Positions 31,201-39,333 of a stretch of DNA of 64,000 bases are shown here, in pieces. The number at the start of each line of letters is the position of its first letter. Within the stretch, counting starts at the first letter, position 1. The DNA comes from Gemmatimonadaceae bacterium (GTDB lineage: Bacteria; Latescibacterota; UBA2968; UBA8231), in NCBI GenBank assembly GCA_026706075.1, contig JAPOZM010000001.1, forward strand, positions 16,230 through 80,229, given 5' to 3'. Under the pieces are notes generated by a model. It did no database searches. It was given only the letters and a program-made list of their open reading frames with translations, and was not told the origin of the DNA. The position numbers and the translations under genes were made by a program.

Positions 31201-31363
31201 TCCGATGGACGGGGGCCCGGGGCGGGGGCTCGAGCCCGATCCCCGACCGGGCCGGAAGAGGGGTGAGGACAAGGGCGCCCAGGAGCGCGCACTCAAGGGC
31301 GAGGCGGGGGCCCGGGAACGCACGGGGGACCGGCCTCGGAATGGCGGGATCGGTTACAGGCAC
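25205..31363 (-). CDS. sprA: SprA-like T9SS outer-membrane translocon (cell surface protein SprA family)
   Basis: ORF 25205..31720. A candidate GTG at 31363 gives VPVTDPAIPRPVPRAFPGPRLALECALLGALVLTPLPA as leader; the start is uncertain. ...IKLDYKGDEDNIFQEVQAGNTTLSLPNTRFVGFNQQHKGLFGIRAKGRLGPFGFTTIASHEKSESN... matches my memory of the conserved SprA N-terminal block. Size is about 2050 aa and the protein is beta-rich throughout. Confidence 0.8.
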   Translation of the reverse strand: MPVTDPAIPRPVPRAFPGPRLALECALLGALVLTPLPARSGIGLEPPPRAPVHRIFHDPAEYGAFRAGSPLLRARPPATPLVESRTPFTSKRVTIDSTGAHYQPRSAGFDEGPPITLPLARYLAMGNRHLYRTEWRQKVREGMRRESRLGEGRRGRLEWRVPIPAPPVVRRFIGDEGSLRINGSHTASIGGKSSWTAKEVATLAGRSSKFPALSMDQESDFSVEGKVGEAINIRINQDTRGLSSSFGQNLQDQLDQIKLDYKGDEDNIFQEVQAGNTTLSLPNTRFVGFNQQHKGLFGIRAKGRLGPFGFTTIASHEKSESNRQSFRGGAQVDTTEIRDYEYVRNQFFFLDHNYKESLRDYAAVSTSDFRPEEPVDERTLQVYVNDFNVNNDPEQLARPGRAQADLGKADNDSTGHREVGTWHRLDPDNDYILDAALGSITLRTPVQDRHALAVTYRVGDREVGSAAADQDSLRLKLIKARDARPGFPTWDLEWKNVYRIVRGFARGRQFDRQRIRVEILREVPGKEPETTQGGRSLLRLMGLDTHGQDAGTPPDQIIDADYDGLREDLGVLIFPDQRPFDPQLSKYGLEDRVSEIYDTEQHRDHVEASRYIIQVINSSSEQRINLTQGRLTSIDVESVEVRLDGRQLTQNVDYTVTYTGEVQFLGAAADQVADPAADLEITFESQDIIGLGRQQKTLLGTRAEYEFLGGDGVLGGTLIYNNQSGDRRVRVGNEPARTVLWDMDVRATFRAPLLTRVVDALPLLTTTQASKVTVQAEIAQSRPNLNTRGKAFIDDFEGSEHSTLLPVFYSRWTPASVPVDGGLAVENRGPMLWYNPYDRVQRTSIWPGQRDQVEARNEQTDVLTLKVTPPEGAGVTTWGGVMTVFSGGVRDFSQSKFVGIWLRGQSGSLQLHLGDISEDWIPNGRIDTEDLPLRGRTIGDGTLSEEEDVGIDGRTDEEELDYYLTRDTEVTAEELEGLSFRDKSSRFGDLIRALGRDPGDAEGDNWDYDPTRDRHNYERYNGTEGNRRVREQPDTEDLNGDGNLNQRNDYYHYEIDLARDRHEPGTCSEPLVDGECRGWRLFRLRLFDESVRRIGSPDSSRIEYARLLFATQNGPAEADSVAIALVEIAVNEWQGEGVSRYDPDAFDVTEEELFEVAVIGTDENLSYKPPPGVKGERSTTSRVREREQSLVLDFDNLGAGHEASATRVLTRNSDYTKYRRLRMFAHGDSNAAYVVPPDSSNLELFLRFGRDDLNYYEYVTPLFPGWDERNELEIDLRLMSRLKGELEGRVDTATGLQLVELDTVVVDPGVRDGAPAVYRVSGTPSMQQVRQLRLGLRNRAADGSLSGAVYVDELRLDQARNDPGAAVYARINTQLADFMDVDASIDWRAENYRTITSTGRKSSDMRSGLSTTTHLSKFLPGSWGFSVPVKVTLSRSQSLPRFAPNSDVELTPSEKDSMRSEQVKRHVEVSVSKRAGRHWAARWTIDQMNLRWSSSIDDRLSPVTPVDSREAQTGSFRYKMPLPKPKWKYLGWLPEYMPKSMRNSELSPLPATASYSVNVNRQESATWKRTQIDTTFNEIFTLKEIYATKVNPLRSLTSDYNLQVHRDLRKKYEPRSLAFGREVGRNQKADLRLQLRWVSWLDPNLTFQANYQEDSDPRRSRQTAFTDTVDGRLRVVRTLDITSRNTFTTRVNLRLPALLKAVGAPGRRSKAGPRRRSEEGEEEEGPGQPFFLRRFLHFSSSYVEPFSYTWRRNTDARNYNLVERPDLAYQLGFGDSLLVEQRAVGLTRTDSWTRSANTDLGSGLRLPLGFSVKPTLKEQVSWRSGSTQNRLRVERQLTWPGLAVAWSRADRVPLLRRYLNSAQVNVRMQSARTEQAEGSLEPANLIEESTKREWNVSWTGQWRVGPTTRLEMRRSRDESVNYELADLSTAEASPDGRPPLRGRGQEERRSTNLETRYKLRPRKLPLIGTLKSNLDLKLSLTLESQVRQNATGEQDLEPFNSTDRWEVRLDGTYNFSESFRGTGLIRLEDRKPHNHRTRKVREVKVGGTLFFR

Positions 31364-31798
31364 GAGCAGGCGGCGGGTCCCTTGCGTCCGGTGGCGGGAG
31401 TGGAGGGCCCCCGGAAGCTGGGTCGCCCGGCGGGCCGGGGCCGGGGAGGGCGAGGCGGCCTCCCGGGGAGCGCGGCCCCCGGTGGGGACCTCCGGCCGGG
31501 GGGTCTGGAGGCGGATCTGCAGGTGGGGGGACGGGACGGCGCCATAGCCCTCTGGGAACCTACGGGAGGGGCCGGGATCCGGCAATCGGAGAACCCGCCG
31601 CTCCGGCGGACAGCGGCGCCCGCCGGAGCAAGCGAAAGCCGTTCCTCCCGTCCGGCCGGCGGCGCGGCGGCCGGAAGACGGCGCGGAGTGACGACCGGAG
31701 CACACACCGGCGACACCCACGGCACCCGGAGCGGCCCTCCTTCTCGGCCCGGACGGGGCCTGGCGGCGGGGCCTTAGACAGACCCATCACGGGGCTCC

Positions 31799-33112
31799 TT
31801 GGTTTCCCTCTCCCGCTATCTGCTGCGCCGGCACCTGGAGGCCTTCGCCCTCGGCTTCGGCCTGATCGTCTTCATCCTCGAGATCGATGTCATGCTGCAG
31901 CTGCTGGACCAGCTGCTGAGCAAGGGCATCGGTCCGGGCGTCGCCGTGGAGTTGTTCCTCCGCAACCTCGCCTGGATCGTCGCCCTGGCGGTCCCGATGG
32001 CGGTGCTGATCTCGGTGCTCATGGTCTTCGGCCGGCTCGCCGCCGACAACGAGATCCTGGCCTGGAAGGCGGCGGGGGTGAGCTTCGGCCATCTCCTCGC
32101 CCCCGTCCTGCTCGCCGCCCTGGTGCTGACCCTTGCCATGGTGTGGTTCAACGACCGCGTCCTGCCCGACTCCAACCACCGGACCCGGGAGCTGACCACC
32201 AGCCTGCAACGGCGCAAGGCGGCCCTGGTCCTCAAGGAGAAGGAGGGGGTCTTCATCCGCGATCTCGGCCCCTACAGCCTGCGGATCGGCCGCGTCGACG
32301 GCGAGTCCAACCGCCTCCACGACATCACCCTCGTCGACGCCGGGAAGAGCGGCCCGCCGACGACGTTACGCGCCGAGTCGGGGAGCCTGGAGATCTTCGG
32401 AGGCGGCGGATACGTACGCCTGACCCTCGAGGACGGCGAGATTCACCGCGTCGACTCGGCCGACCCCTCCCGGGGGACCCGGGGGCGCTTCCGCCGCCAG
32501 GTGGTCCACATCCGCGACCGCGACCGGGAGCTGTCTCCCTTCCGCTCCCCCTACCGCTCCGACCGCGAGATGGACGTGGCCGCCATGCTCGCCGCCGCCG
32601 ATGCGGCGCGCCTCGACAACGCCCGGGCCCGCGCCGGCATCGACTCCACGGCCCTGGCCTTTCTGGCCATGGCCCGTGAGGACACCGCCGAAGTCACCCG
32701 GCTCCGGGACCTGGCCCAGAAAACGGCCGCCTCGATCGGACGGCAGTGGCGGCTGCACGACAGCCGCCAGCGGCGGGCCGACGCCTACCTCGTTGAGGTG
32801 CACAAGAAGTTCTCCATCCCCTTCGCCTGCGTCGTCTTCGTCCTCGTGGGCGCTCCTCTGGGAGCCCTCGTGAGGGCCCGCGGGGCCACCGTCTCCGCGG
32901 CGATGAGCCTGTTGTTCTTCTACGCCTACTGGATCTTCCTCATCGGCGGTGAGCGCCTCGCCGACCGCGGCTTCGTCTCCCCCGGGGCGGCCATGTGGGC
33001 GCCGAACCTGTTCTTCGGCGTGCTGGGGCTGCTGCTGGTTCGCGCCCATGTCCTCGACCGGCCCCTGCTCGGGCTGCGCGAGCGGCTGCGACGCCCCACC
33101 GGGGTCTCGTGA
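31799..33112 (+). CDS. LptF/LptG family LPS export permease
   Basis: ORF 31799..33112 (TTG start). LSRYLLRRHLEAFALGFGLIVFIL...AAGVSFGHLL..., the YjgP/YjgQ pattern. Confidence 0.85.
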   Translation: MVSLSRYLLRRHLEAFALGFGLIVFILEIDVMLQLLDQLLSKGIGPGVAVELFLRNLAWIVALAVPMAVLISVLMVFGRLAADNEILAWKAAGVSFGHLLAPVLLAALVLTLAMVWFNDRVLPDSNHRTRELTTSLQRRKAALVLKEKEGVFIRDLGPYSLRIGRVDGESNRLHDITLVDAGKSGPPTTLRAESGSLEIFGGGGYVRLTLEDGEIHRVDSADPSRGTRGRFRRQVVHIRDRDRELSPFRSPYRSDREMDVAAMLAAADAARLDNARARAGIDSTALAFLAMAREDTAEVTRLRDLAQKTAASIGRQWRLHDSRQRRADAYLVEVHKKFSIPFACVVFVLVGAPLGALVRARGATVSAAMSLLFFYAYWIFLIGGERLADRGFVSPGAAMWAPNLFFGVLGLLLVRAHVLDRPLLGLRERLRRPTGVS

Positions 33113-34185
33113 CCCTCCTCGACCGCTATCTCCTGCGCCGCTTCCTCGCCTGTCTGGGACTGAGCGCCGCGGGGATGTGGGGCCTCGCCGCGGTGGTCGA
33201 CCTCACCGAGAACATCGACACCTTCATAGACCACCAGGCCTCCCTCTCCCAGGTCGGCCGCTACTACCTCTACCGCTCGCCCTACTGGATCCTCCTGACC
33301 CTTCCCGTCACCACCCTGCTCGCCACCCTGTTCTGCCTCTCGAGCCTGGCCCGCCGCTCCGAGATCACCGCGGCGAAGGCCGCCGGCATCGGTCTGCACC
33401 GCTTTCTCGCGCCCCTCTACGCGTTCTCCGTCGTCATCGCGGGAGCGACGCTGTTGTTCACCGATCTCGTCGTCCCCCCCGCCACCTGGCACTACAACAG
33501 CACCCGCGACGAAATCCGCTCGTACCGGCGCTCCGACGGCTCCCGGCGCCAGGTCCTGCTGCAGGACGTGGGGGGCCAACTCCTCTTCGCCCGCTCCTAC
33601 GACCACCGCCGCAGGCGAGCCGAGGATGTCACCTGGGAACGCACCCGTGGGAGCCGCACCCTCGAGCGCGCCACCGGCCGCTCGGCCTCCTGGCGCCCCG
33701 GCGACAGCCGCTGGATGATGCACGAGGGCCATCGCCAGCTCTTCGAGGAGTCGGGGGCCGCCGCCGCTTTCTTCGACAGCCTGGCCCTGACCCGCCTGAC
33801 CCTGCAGCCGGAGGACCTCGCCCGCCAACAAAGAGAACCGGAGGAGATGGACTTCACCGAGCTGGCCGGGTACGTACGCAGGGCCCGCGCCAACGGCGAG
33901 GACGTGACGCGGCTCCTCGTCGACCTCCACCTGAAGATCTCCTTCCCCTTCACCTGCCTGGTCATCCTGCTCCTGGCGGCGCCCCTCGGGGCCGGCGCCC
34001 GGCGCGGCGGCGGGGGCCGCCACTTCGGACTCGGCGTGCTGATCTGCTTCGCCTTCTACGGATCGGTGAAGGCCGGCCAGGCCCTGGGCTGGAACGAGAT
34101 TCTGGCGCCCTGGCTCGGCGCCTGGCTGGCCAACCTGGTCTACGGCGCGCTTGCGGTCCTGCTGCTGCGCAGGACCCACACCTGA
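33109..34185 (+). CDS. LptF/LptG family LPS export permease (second subunit)
   Basis: In ORF 32995..34185; GTG 33109 (GTGA overlap). VTLLDRYLLRRFLACLGLSAAGMW...AAKAAGIGLHRF. Confidence 0.85.
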   Translation: MTLLDRYLLRRFLACLGLSAAGMWGLAAVVDLTENIDTFIDHQASLSQVGRYYLYRSPYWILLTLPVTTLLATLFCLSSLARRSEITAAKAAGIGLHRFLAPLYAFSVVIAGATLLFTDLVVPPATWHYNSTRDEIRSYRRSDGSRRQVLLQDVGGQLLFARSYDHRRRRAEDVTWERTRGSRTLERATGRSASWRPGDSRWMMHEGHRQLFEESGAAAAFFDSLALTRLTLQPEDLARQQREPEEMDFTELAGYVRRARANGEDVTRLLVDLHLKISFPFTCLVILLLAAPLGAGARRGGGGRHFGLGVLICFAFYGSVKAGQALGWNEILAPWLGAWLANLVYGALAVLLLRRTHT

Positions 34186-34205
34186 GGCACGGTGTTGGCC
34201 TTCGG

Positions 34206-35318
34206 CTAGGTCAGACCCTGCTGGAGATGGAAGATCTTCAGCTTGAGGGCGGGGGACATGCCCTTCCACTTCTCGATGAGATCGGAGGCCTGGGAACGGC
34301 TGTCCTCCCCGGAGATCTTGTCGCCGAGGCTCATCAGCAGCCTGGCCATGAGTTCGACCCGGTCCTCGGAGGCGCCTACGGTGAGCCTCTCGAGATCGTC
34401 CAGGACATCGGCGCCGATCTTCTCGCGGGTGTTGTCCATCGCCTTTTCCAGAAAGGCTGCGTGGCGCCGGCCGAAGGCCTCGTCGGCGACGCTGCGGTTG
34501 ACGAGCAAGCGGATCAGATCCGCCCCCGGCCGCTCCCGCAGCAGCCTGGCCGTCAGGCGCGACATCCGCCTCGCCTCCTGGTTGCCCCGCGACTCCCCAG
34601 GCTTCGCGTCCATCGTCCAGGCCGTGCGACCGCGCCCGTCCACGAGGAGATCGAAGAGCGAAGGCTGCGGCAAGCGGGACAGGACCTCCCCCAGGGCCTG
34701 ATCGTCTATCGAGGCCGACACGCGCAGCAGATGGTCCACCGACAGGGGCGTGAGGTTGGGATGCATCCCGGCGAGCTTGGCCGCCAGGACGCGGTCGGCC
34801 TCGGGATCGGCGCCCGCCAGGAGCGCGTCGAGCAGGGCCTCCAGGGTCTCGGGATTGACCGGTAGACCCAGGGCCGCCTCCCGGACCACGGGCGCGGCCG
34901 GGTGCCGCAGGAACTCCTGCACCACATCCCGGTGCCGCAGCACCCAGACCAGGGACGCCGCCGCCGCCGGATCGGTCTCGGCGCGGGCCCAGCCGAGGAC
35001 CCGCTGAACCGAGGAGCGGTTGAACAGCCAGTGGCGGTGAAAGCCGAGGACCTGGATGGCCACCAGCCGGCGGGGGTCGGCCGGGTCCTCGACGATTCGG
35101 CACAGGCGCTCGACTCCCTCTGCCGTGGGCACCAGGACGCGCAGCCGGGCCACGGCGCCCATGCGCTCCCCGGGATCCCCGTCGCCGGCGGCGGCAGCGA
35201 CCAGGGCCTCCAGATCGGGATGGGACTCCTCGGCGGCCGGTTCCTCATTCACCAGGCCCGGCCCGGGGCCTTCCTCCTCGGGACCGCCGGGGAACAGATG
35301 ACGTACGTCGAAGACCAT
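34206..35318 (-). CDS. hypothetical helical-repeat (HEAT-like) protein
   Basis: ORF 34206..35318, ATG start. Alpha-helical, Leu/Ala/Arg-rich repeat character. No family recognised. Confidence 0.6.
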   Translation of the reverse strand: MVFDVRHLFPGGPEEEGPGPGLVNEEPAAEESHPDLEALVAAAAGDGDPGERMGAVARLRVLVPTAEGVERLCRIVEDPADPRRLVAIQVLGFHRHWLFNRSSVQRVLGWARAETDPAAAASLVWVLRHRDVVQEFLRHPAAPVVREAALGLPVNPETLEALLDALLAGADPEADRVLAAKLAGMHPNLTPLSVDHLLRVSASIDDQALGEVLSRLPQPSLFDLLVDGRGRTAWTMDAKPGESRGNQEARRMSRLTARLLRERPGADLIRLLVNRSVADEAFGRRHAAFLEKAMDNTREKIGADVLDDLERLTVGASEDRVELMARLLMSLGDKISGEDSRSQASDLIEKWKGMSPALKLKIFHLQQGLT

Positions 35319-35321
35319 GGC

Positions 35322-36182
35322 TCAGCGGCCCCGGGCGGCGGGACGGTCGGGGCCGCCCCCATGGAGGAAGAACTCCTTCAGGAACCCGTTGATCTGCTCC
35401 ATGGCCAGGCGGGACCGCACCAGACCCTCCTGACCGGGATCCTCGAGGAACTCCTCGATCGCGGCCAGCGGCTGGACCAACCCCTCCCGGAGTCGGCCGT
35501 ACAGCTCCTCCTGGAGCTCCGCCTGGATGTGGGAGACCTCCTCCAGCAACGATACGTCGCGCAGCAGGATGAGGACGGCGGTGCCCGACGTCAGTTCGCG
35601 GCGGTGGAGGGTGATCTCCAGCGCCGAGGGTTCGATGAGGGAGAAGGAGTGGGGGTCGTCGTGGCCCAGGGCGGCCACGGGATCGACTCCGGTGATCCTC
35701 TCGAAGGCCTTGCCATCGAGGTCGGCCAGGGGTACCCCGAGCATCTCCGCGGCGCGTTGGTTGACCACCTCGGCGGCACCCGAAGCGCGCACCACGAGAA
35801 GGCCGAAGGGCAGGGCGTCGACGAGTCCCGGATCGTCGAGAGGACCGCCGGCGATCAGCTGGGTGAGGGTGTGCGGGAACTCCCGGGCCGGGGCGCCGCT
35901 TCCCTCGGAGGGCCCAGGGACTTCGTCGGCTGGGATCTTGCCTCCGGGGGGTTCGTCCGCACCCTGGCTCAGGACGTAGCCGGCGCCAGCGGCCTCGAGG
36001 AAACCGGCCTCGCGCAGACCGGCCAGGGCGGAGGCCGCGTCGGCCTCGGGAGCGCCGAGGCGAAGGCCCAGGGCCTTGACGTCGTCGTCGAGGAAGGGGT
36101 TGCGCCGCCACTCCGCCAGCATGCGGCGCTCGAGGTCCGCCATCGGTGGCCCGGGAACCACCGGAAGGTCCCAGTCGTACAT
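35322..36182 (-). CDS. hypothetical protein with PAS-like C-terminal region
   Basis: In ORF 35322..36305; ATG 36182 (MYDWDLP) chosen, start uncertain. ...FGLLVVRASGAAEVVNQRAAEMLGVPLADLDGKAFERI... resembles a PAS fold opening. Confidence 0.5.
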   Translation of the reverse strand: MYDWDLPVVPGPPMADLERRMLAEWRRNPFLDDDVKALGLRLGAPEADAASALAGLREAGFLEAAGAGYVLSQGADEPPGGKIPADEVPGPSEGSGAPAREFPHTLTQLIAGGPLDDPGLVDALPFGLLVVRASGAAEVVNQRAAEMLGVPLADLDGKAFERITGVDPVAALGHDDPHSFSLIEPSALEITLHRRELTSGTAVLILLRDVSLLEEVSHIQAELQEELYGRLREGLVQPLAAIEEFLEDPGQEGLVRSRLAMEQINGFLKEFFLHGGGPDRPAARGR

Positions 36183-36328
36183 GATTCGTCCGCTGCCTGA
36201 CGGCCGGCGCGACAAAGAGGAACCGGCGACCGTAGTGTACCCGGGGAGGGTTGGAACGAACCGCTTCTCAGGGGGGGTCTTCAATATAACCGGTCTCGCC
36301 CCCATCCTGCAAGCGGCTGTCGGCCCGG

Positions 36329-36745
36329 TCAGGCGCCTCCGGCCTCCTGCACCGTGACCTGCAGGCTGAAGGGGTCCGACGGGTCCGGCAGCGCCAGGAT
36401 CACCTCCATGTCCCCGTCGATGGCGACCGATGCCTTGCGGCGAACCCGGAGCCCCTGGTCCGGAGGGACCAGAAGCACCAGATCGAGCTTCAACTCGGTG
36501 CCGGCGCTCAGTCTTCCCCCGGCCACGTCCCGCCTTTCCCCCGGCCCCACGACGGCCCGGACGACGGCCGCCTCATCCTGCTCTCCCACCCGCAGATGGG
36601 CGACCTCCACCGCAAAGGGCGTCCGGTTGTCGACCAGAACCGATCCGTCCTCCGGTGGGGCGCCGTTCTCCGGATCGACGATATCCGTCCCGCCGCCGCC
36701 GCAGGCGAGCATCCCCGCGGCTGCCGGCCCCAGCCATCGCCGCAA
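36329..36745 (-). CDS. putative lipoprotein
   Basis: In ORF 36329..37003; TTG 36745 chosen. (M)RRWLGPAAAGMLAC-GGGG is a lipobox-like leader. The start is uncertain. Confidence 0.45.
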   Translation of the reverse strand: MRRWLGPAAAGMLACGGGGTDIVDPENGAPPEDGSVLVDNRTPFAVEVAHLRVGEQDEAAVVRAVVGPGERRDVAGGRLSAGTELKLDLVLLVPPDQGLRVRRKASVAIDGDMEVILALPDPSDPFSLQVTVQEAGGA

Positions 36746-36898
36746 CCGCCCGAGAGGCCGGCAGCGGAGCTGATTGCGTACGGCCCAAGTTGGGGCTATA
36801 CTTGGCGTTACCCCCCATTCGGCGGTGCCATCTTCAGGCGCCCGCCGACGCTCCCGTACCACTGCCTCTCTCCCCGTCCGTTTCCACGGACCCTCCAT

Positions 36899-38833
36899 TT
36901 GCACCTGTGCCGGTTGCTGCTTGCATCGGTGTGTCTCTTCGCCGCCCCTGTCACCACGGGCGGGGACGTGCACATGGTGCGCCCGGGCGACACCTTGTCG
37001 CAAATCGCCCAGCGCTACGGCGTCAGACTGGACGACCTGCGGCGCTGGAACCGGCTCTCCTCAGATGCCATCGCCGTGGGCCAGCGGCTGGAGATCTCGG
37101 CCCCCGCCAGCACCTGCATCGTGCGGCCCGGCGACACCCTTTCCGAGATCGCCCATCGCCACGGCCTCAGCACCGCGGACCTGAGACGCCTCAACGGTCT
37201 GACAAACGACCGCATCCGCCCCGGCCAGGTGCTCCGCCTGCGGGGGCAGCCGGAGAGACCTGCCAGATACGTGGTCCGGCCCGGCGACACCCTCTCGGAG
37301 ATCGCCGTCCGCTTCGATGTCGAGCTGGCGCTGCTGCGGCAGCTCAACGACCTCGAGGGTGATCGCATCCGTGCCGGCCAGAGGCTGCGACTGCAGCCCT
37401 CGCCGAAGCAGGCGAGCATCCACGTGGTGCTGCCCGGCCAGACCCTCTATCAGATCGCCGCCCTGTACGATATCGGTGTCGGACGCCTGCGTCACCTGAA
37501 CGGCGTCGAGGGCGACCTCATCCGGCCCGGCCAGAAGCTCCGCCTTCGGCCGACCCCGGCCACGGTGCACGTCGTCGAGCGTGGGGACGCCCTGTGGGAG
37601 ATTGCCCGGGCCTACGGCCTGTCGGTGGCGGACCTGAAGGCCCTCAACCGTCTCCGGGGGGACAGCATCTTTCCGGGACAACGGCTGCTCCTGGGACAGG
37701 ACCGCCGACCGCGGCTGGCCAGCCACACCGTCGTCCGCGGCGACAACCTGTCGGAGATCGCCCAGCTTCACCAGATGAGCGTCGCCGAGCTGCGGCGTCT
37801 CAACGATCTGTCCGGCATGGTCATCCACCCCGGACAGAAGCTGAAGGTCCGGCCGCTGCTGGGGAGACCGGGAGGGCTCGACCCGTCCCAACTCGACCCG
37901 TCCCGGATCCCCTGGGAGCGACTCCTGGTCGACGTGGCCGGCCTCCGCCGCATCGCCCTGGAGAACGGACCGTACTACGGACAGCGTCCCCGGGCGCGGC
38001 GCCAGCCGAGTCGGCAGTACGCCGAGAAACACCCCCCCTCGCCCCTGCGGACCTACCGGCAGGCGAGGAAGCTCTGGGACCGGTTCGAAGGCGAGGTGGG
38101 GCGCCTGGGACGCCTCGGCAACGACCTCGCGGGTTGGCACTTCGTGCTCGATCCCGGCCACGGCGGGATCGACCCCGGGGCGATCGTGCGGACCATCTCC
38201 GGCGACGGCACCCGCCTCTATGTCGTCGAGGACGAGTACGTCTACGACATCACCCTGCGCGCCTACGTGCTGCTGCGACTGCACGGGGCCAAGGTCGACA
38301 TCACGATGTTGAGCCCCAACCACCTCATCCGTCGAACGGAGCCGGCGACACAGACCTTCGTGCACCAGCAGAACGAGGTCTTCAACAGCTTGGCCCTGAA
38401 CCGCTCCAACCAGTGGCCCTTCGGCAACTCCAGGGGACTCAAAGCCCGGGTGCAGATCGCGAAGGACGCCCTGCGGCATGCCCCAGGAGGCCGCACGATC
38501 TTCCTGTCCTTCCACGCCGATCACGACCCCAACTCTCCCCAGGCGCCCCTGGTCCTCTACTACGAGCGGCGCGGAAAGCGCGACGACGCCTCCCGCCGCT
38601 TCGCCCGGGCCCTGCTGCCCGCCCTCGGCGCCGGAGCCCGGACCCGCGGTCAGTCCCTGGCGGTCCTGCGCGGCAATCCCGCTTCGGTGAAGGTCCTGGT
38701 GGAGGTCGCCAACCTCGCCTACGTCGATCACGCCTGGGCCCTCCGGTTCGAGCAGCACCGGCAGCGGGAAGCGGAGAAGGTCGTCCGCGGCGTTCTGGAC
38801 TACGTGCGCCGCAAGCAGTTGGCTCGGCGCTGA
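36899..38833 (+). CDS. N-acetylmuramoyl-L-alanine amidase (Amidase_3) with six N-terminal LysM repeats
   Basis: In ORF 36596..38833; TTG 36899 gives the leader (M)HLCRLLLASVCLFAAPV. Six repeats of the type VRPGDTLSxIAxRxGxxxxxLxxLNxLxxDxIxxGQxLxL. C-terminal part WHFVLDPGHGGIDPGA...FLSFHADH...VLVEVANL. Confidence 0.85.
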   Translation: MHLCRLLLASVCLFAAPVTTGGDVHMVRPGDTLSQIAQRYGVRLDDLRRWNRLSSDAIAVGQRLEISAPASTCIVRPGDTLSEIAHRHGLSTADLRRLNGLTNDRIRPGQVLRLRGQPERPARYVVRPGDTLSEIAVRFDVELALLRQLNDLEGDRIRAGQRLRLQPSPKQASIHVVLPGQTLYQIAALYDIGVGRLRHLNGVEGDLIRPGQKLRLRPTPATVHVVERGDALWEIARAYGLSVADLKALNRLRGDSIFPGQRLLLGQDRRPRLASHTVVRGDNLSEIAQLHQMSVAELRRLNDLSGMVIHPGQKLKVRPLLGRPGGLDPSQLDPSRIPWERLLVDVAGLRRIALENGPYYGQRPRARRQPSRQYAEKHPPSPLRTYRQARKLWDRFEGEVGRLGRLGNDLAGWHFVLDPGHGGIDPGAIVRTISGDGTRLYVVEDEYVYDITLRAYVLLRLHGAKVDITMLSPNHLIRRTEPATQTFVHQQNEVFNSLALNRSNQWPFGNSRGLKARVQIAKDALRHAPGGRTIFLSFHADHDPNSPQAPLVLYYERRGKRDDASRRFARALLPALGAGARTRGQSLAVLRGNPASVKVLVEVANLAYVDHAWALRFEQHRQREAEKVVRGVLDYVRRKQLARR

Positions 38834-38847
38834 TCCCCGGAACGCAG

Positions 38848-38882
38848 AAAGGCCCCGGGGAGATCAACTCCCCGGGGCCTTT
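38848..38882. terminator. GC-rich hairpin between convergent genes (terminator-like)
   Basis: aaaGGCCCCGGGGAgatcaacTCCCCGGGGCCttt: an 11-bp perfect GC stem extended by AAA/TTT with a 7-nt loop. The U-tract is short on both strands. Confidence 0.5.
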
Positions 38883-38902
38883 GCACCTTGAGCAGTACCC
38901 CT

Positions 38903-39178
38903 TCAGGCGGTAACCACCCGCACACCGAGCAGACGCCTGGCGGCTCGCCGCACGACCTCGGGCTCGAGGCCGGCCAACTCGCACCAGGGATCGATCCGGG
39001 GACTCTCGACGAAGTCCACCTCCATCACCTCCTCGGTTACCTCCTCGGTCTTCGAGATTTCCCGCAACGTGCTGAGAATCATGGCGTTGGCCAACCTACG
39101 ATAGGCCAGGGACACGCGTTCTACCTGGGCTGCGTCCTGATCCGTACGCATGGCGATCCCGTTCGTTAAAGTGGACAT
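38903..39178 (-). CDS. small hypothetical protein (91 aa)
   Basis: ORF 38903..39178, ATG start, in a locally lower-GC stretch. No motif recognised, so coding status is uncertain. Confidence 0.4.
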   Translation of the reverse strand: MSTLTNGIAMRTDQDAAQVERVSLAYRRLANAMILSTLREISKTEEVTEEVMEVDFVESPRIDPWCELAGLEPEVVRRAARRLLGVRVVTA

Positions 39179-39333
39179 GATCTGGTGTTTTTCGCCCTAT
39201 GGGGCGCTTTGGCCACAATGTACGGAATTATCGAGCCGGAATCGGGAAAAAGTTGAGCCCTGCCTGAAAAAAGCCCGCACGGGGGGCCCGGCGCATCCCC
39301 TTTGTGATTGTTTTCATTGGAGTTGCGGCTTCC

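Noticed and set aside
25259-31777. 2172-aa stop-free ORF on the plus strand covering all of sprA in antisense
   Set aside because: Its translation is monotonous Gly/Ala/Val/Arg/Leu/Asp/His-rich text with no recognisable domain. The minus-strand frame carries the SprA signature block and sensible beta-rich sequence. Long antisense ORFs are expected when the sense strand has very GC-rich third positions.
32926-35103. 725-aa minus-strand ORF and 638-aa plus-strand ORF (32949..34865) across lptG and the HEAT-like gene
   Set aside because: These are Arg/Pro/Gly-rich off-frame or antisense products. The LptF/G-family and helical-repeat frames explain the region.
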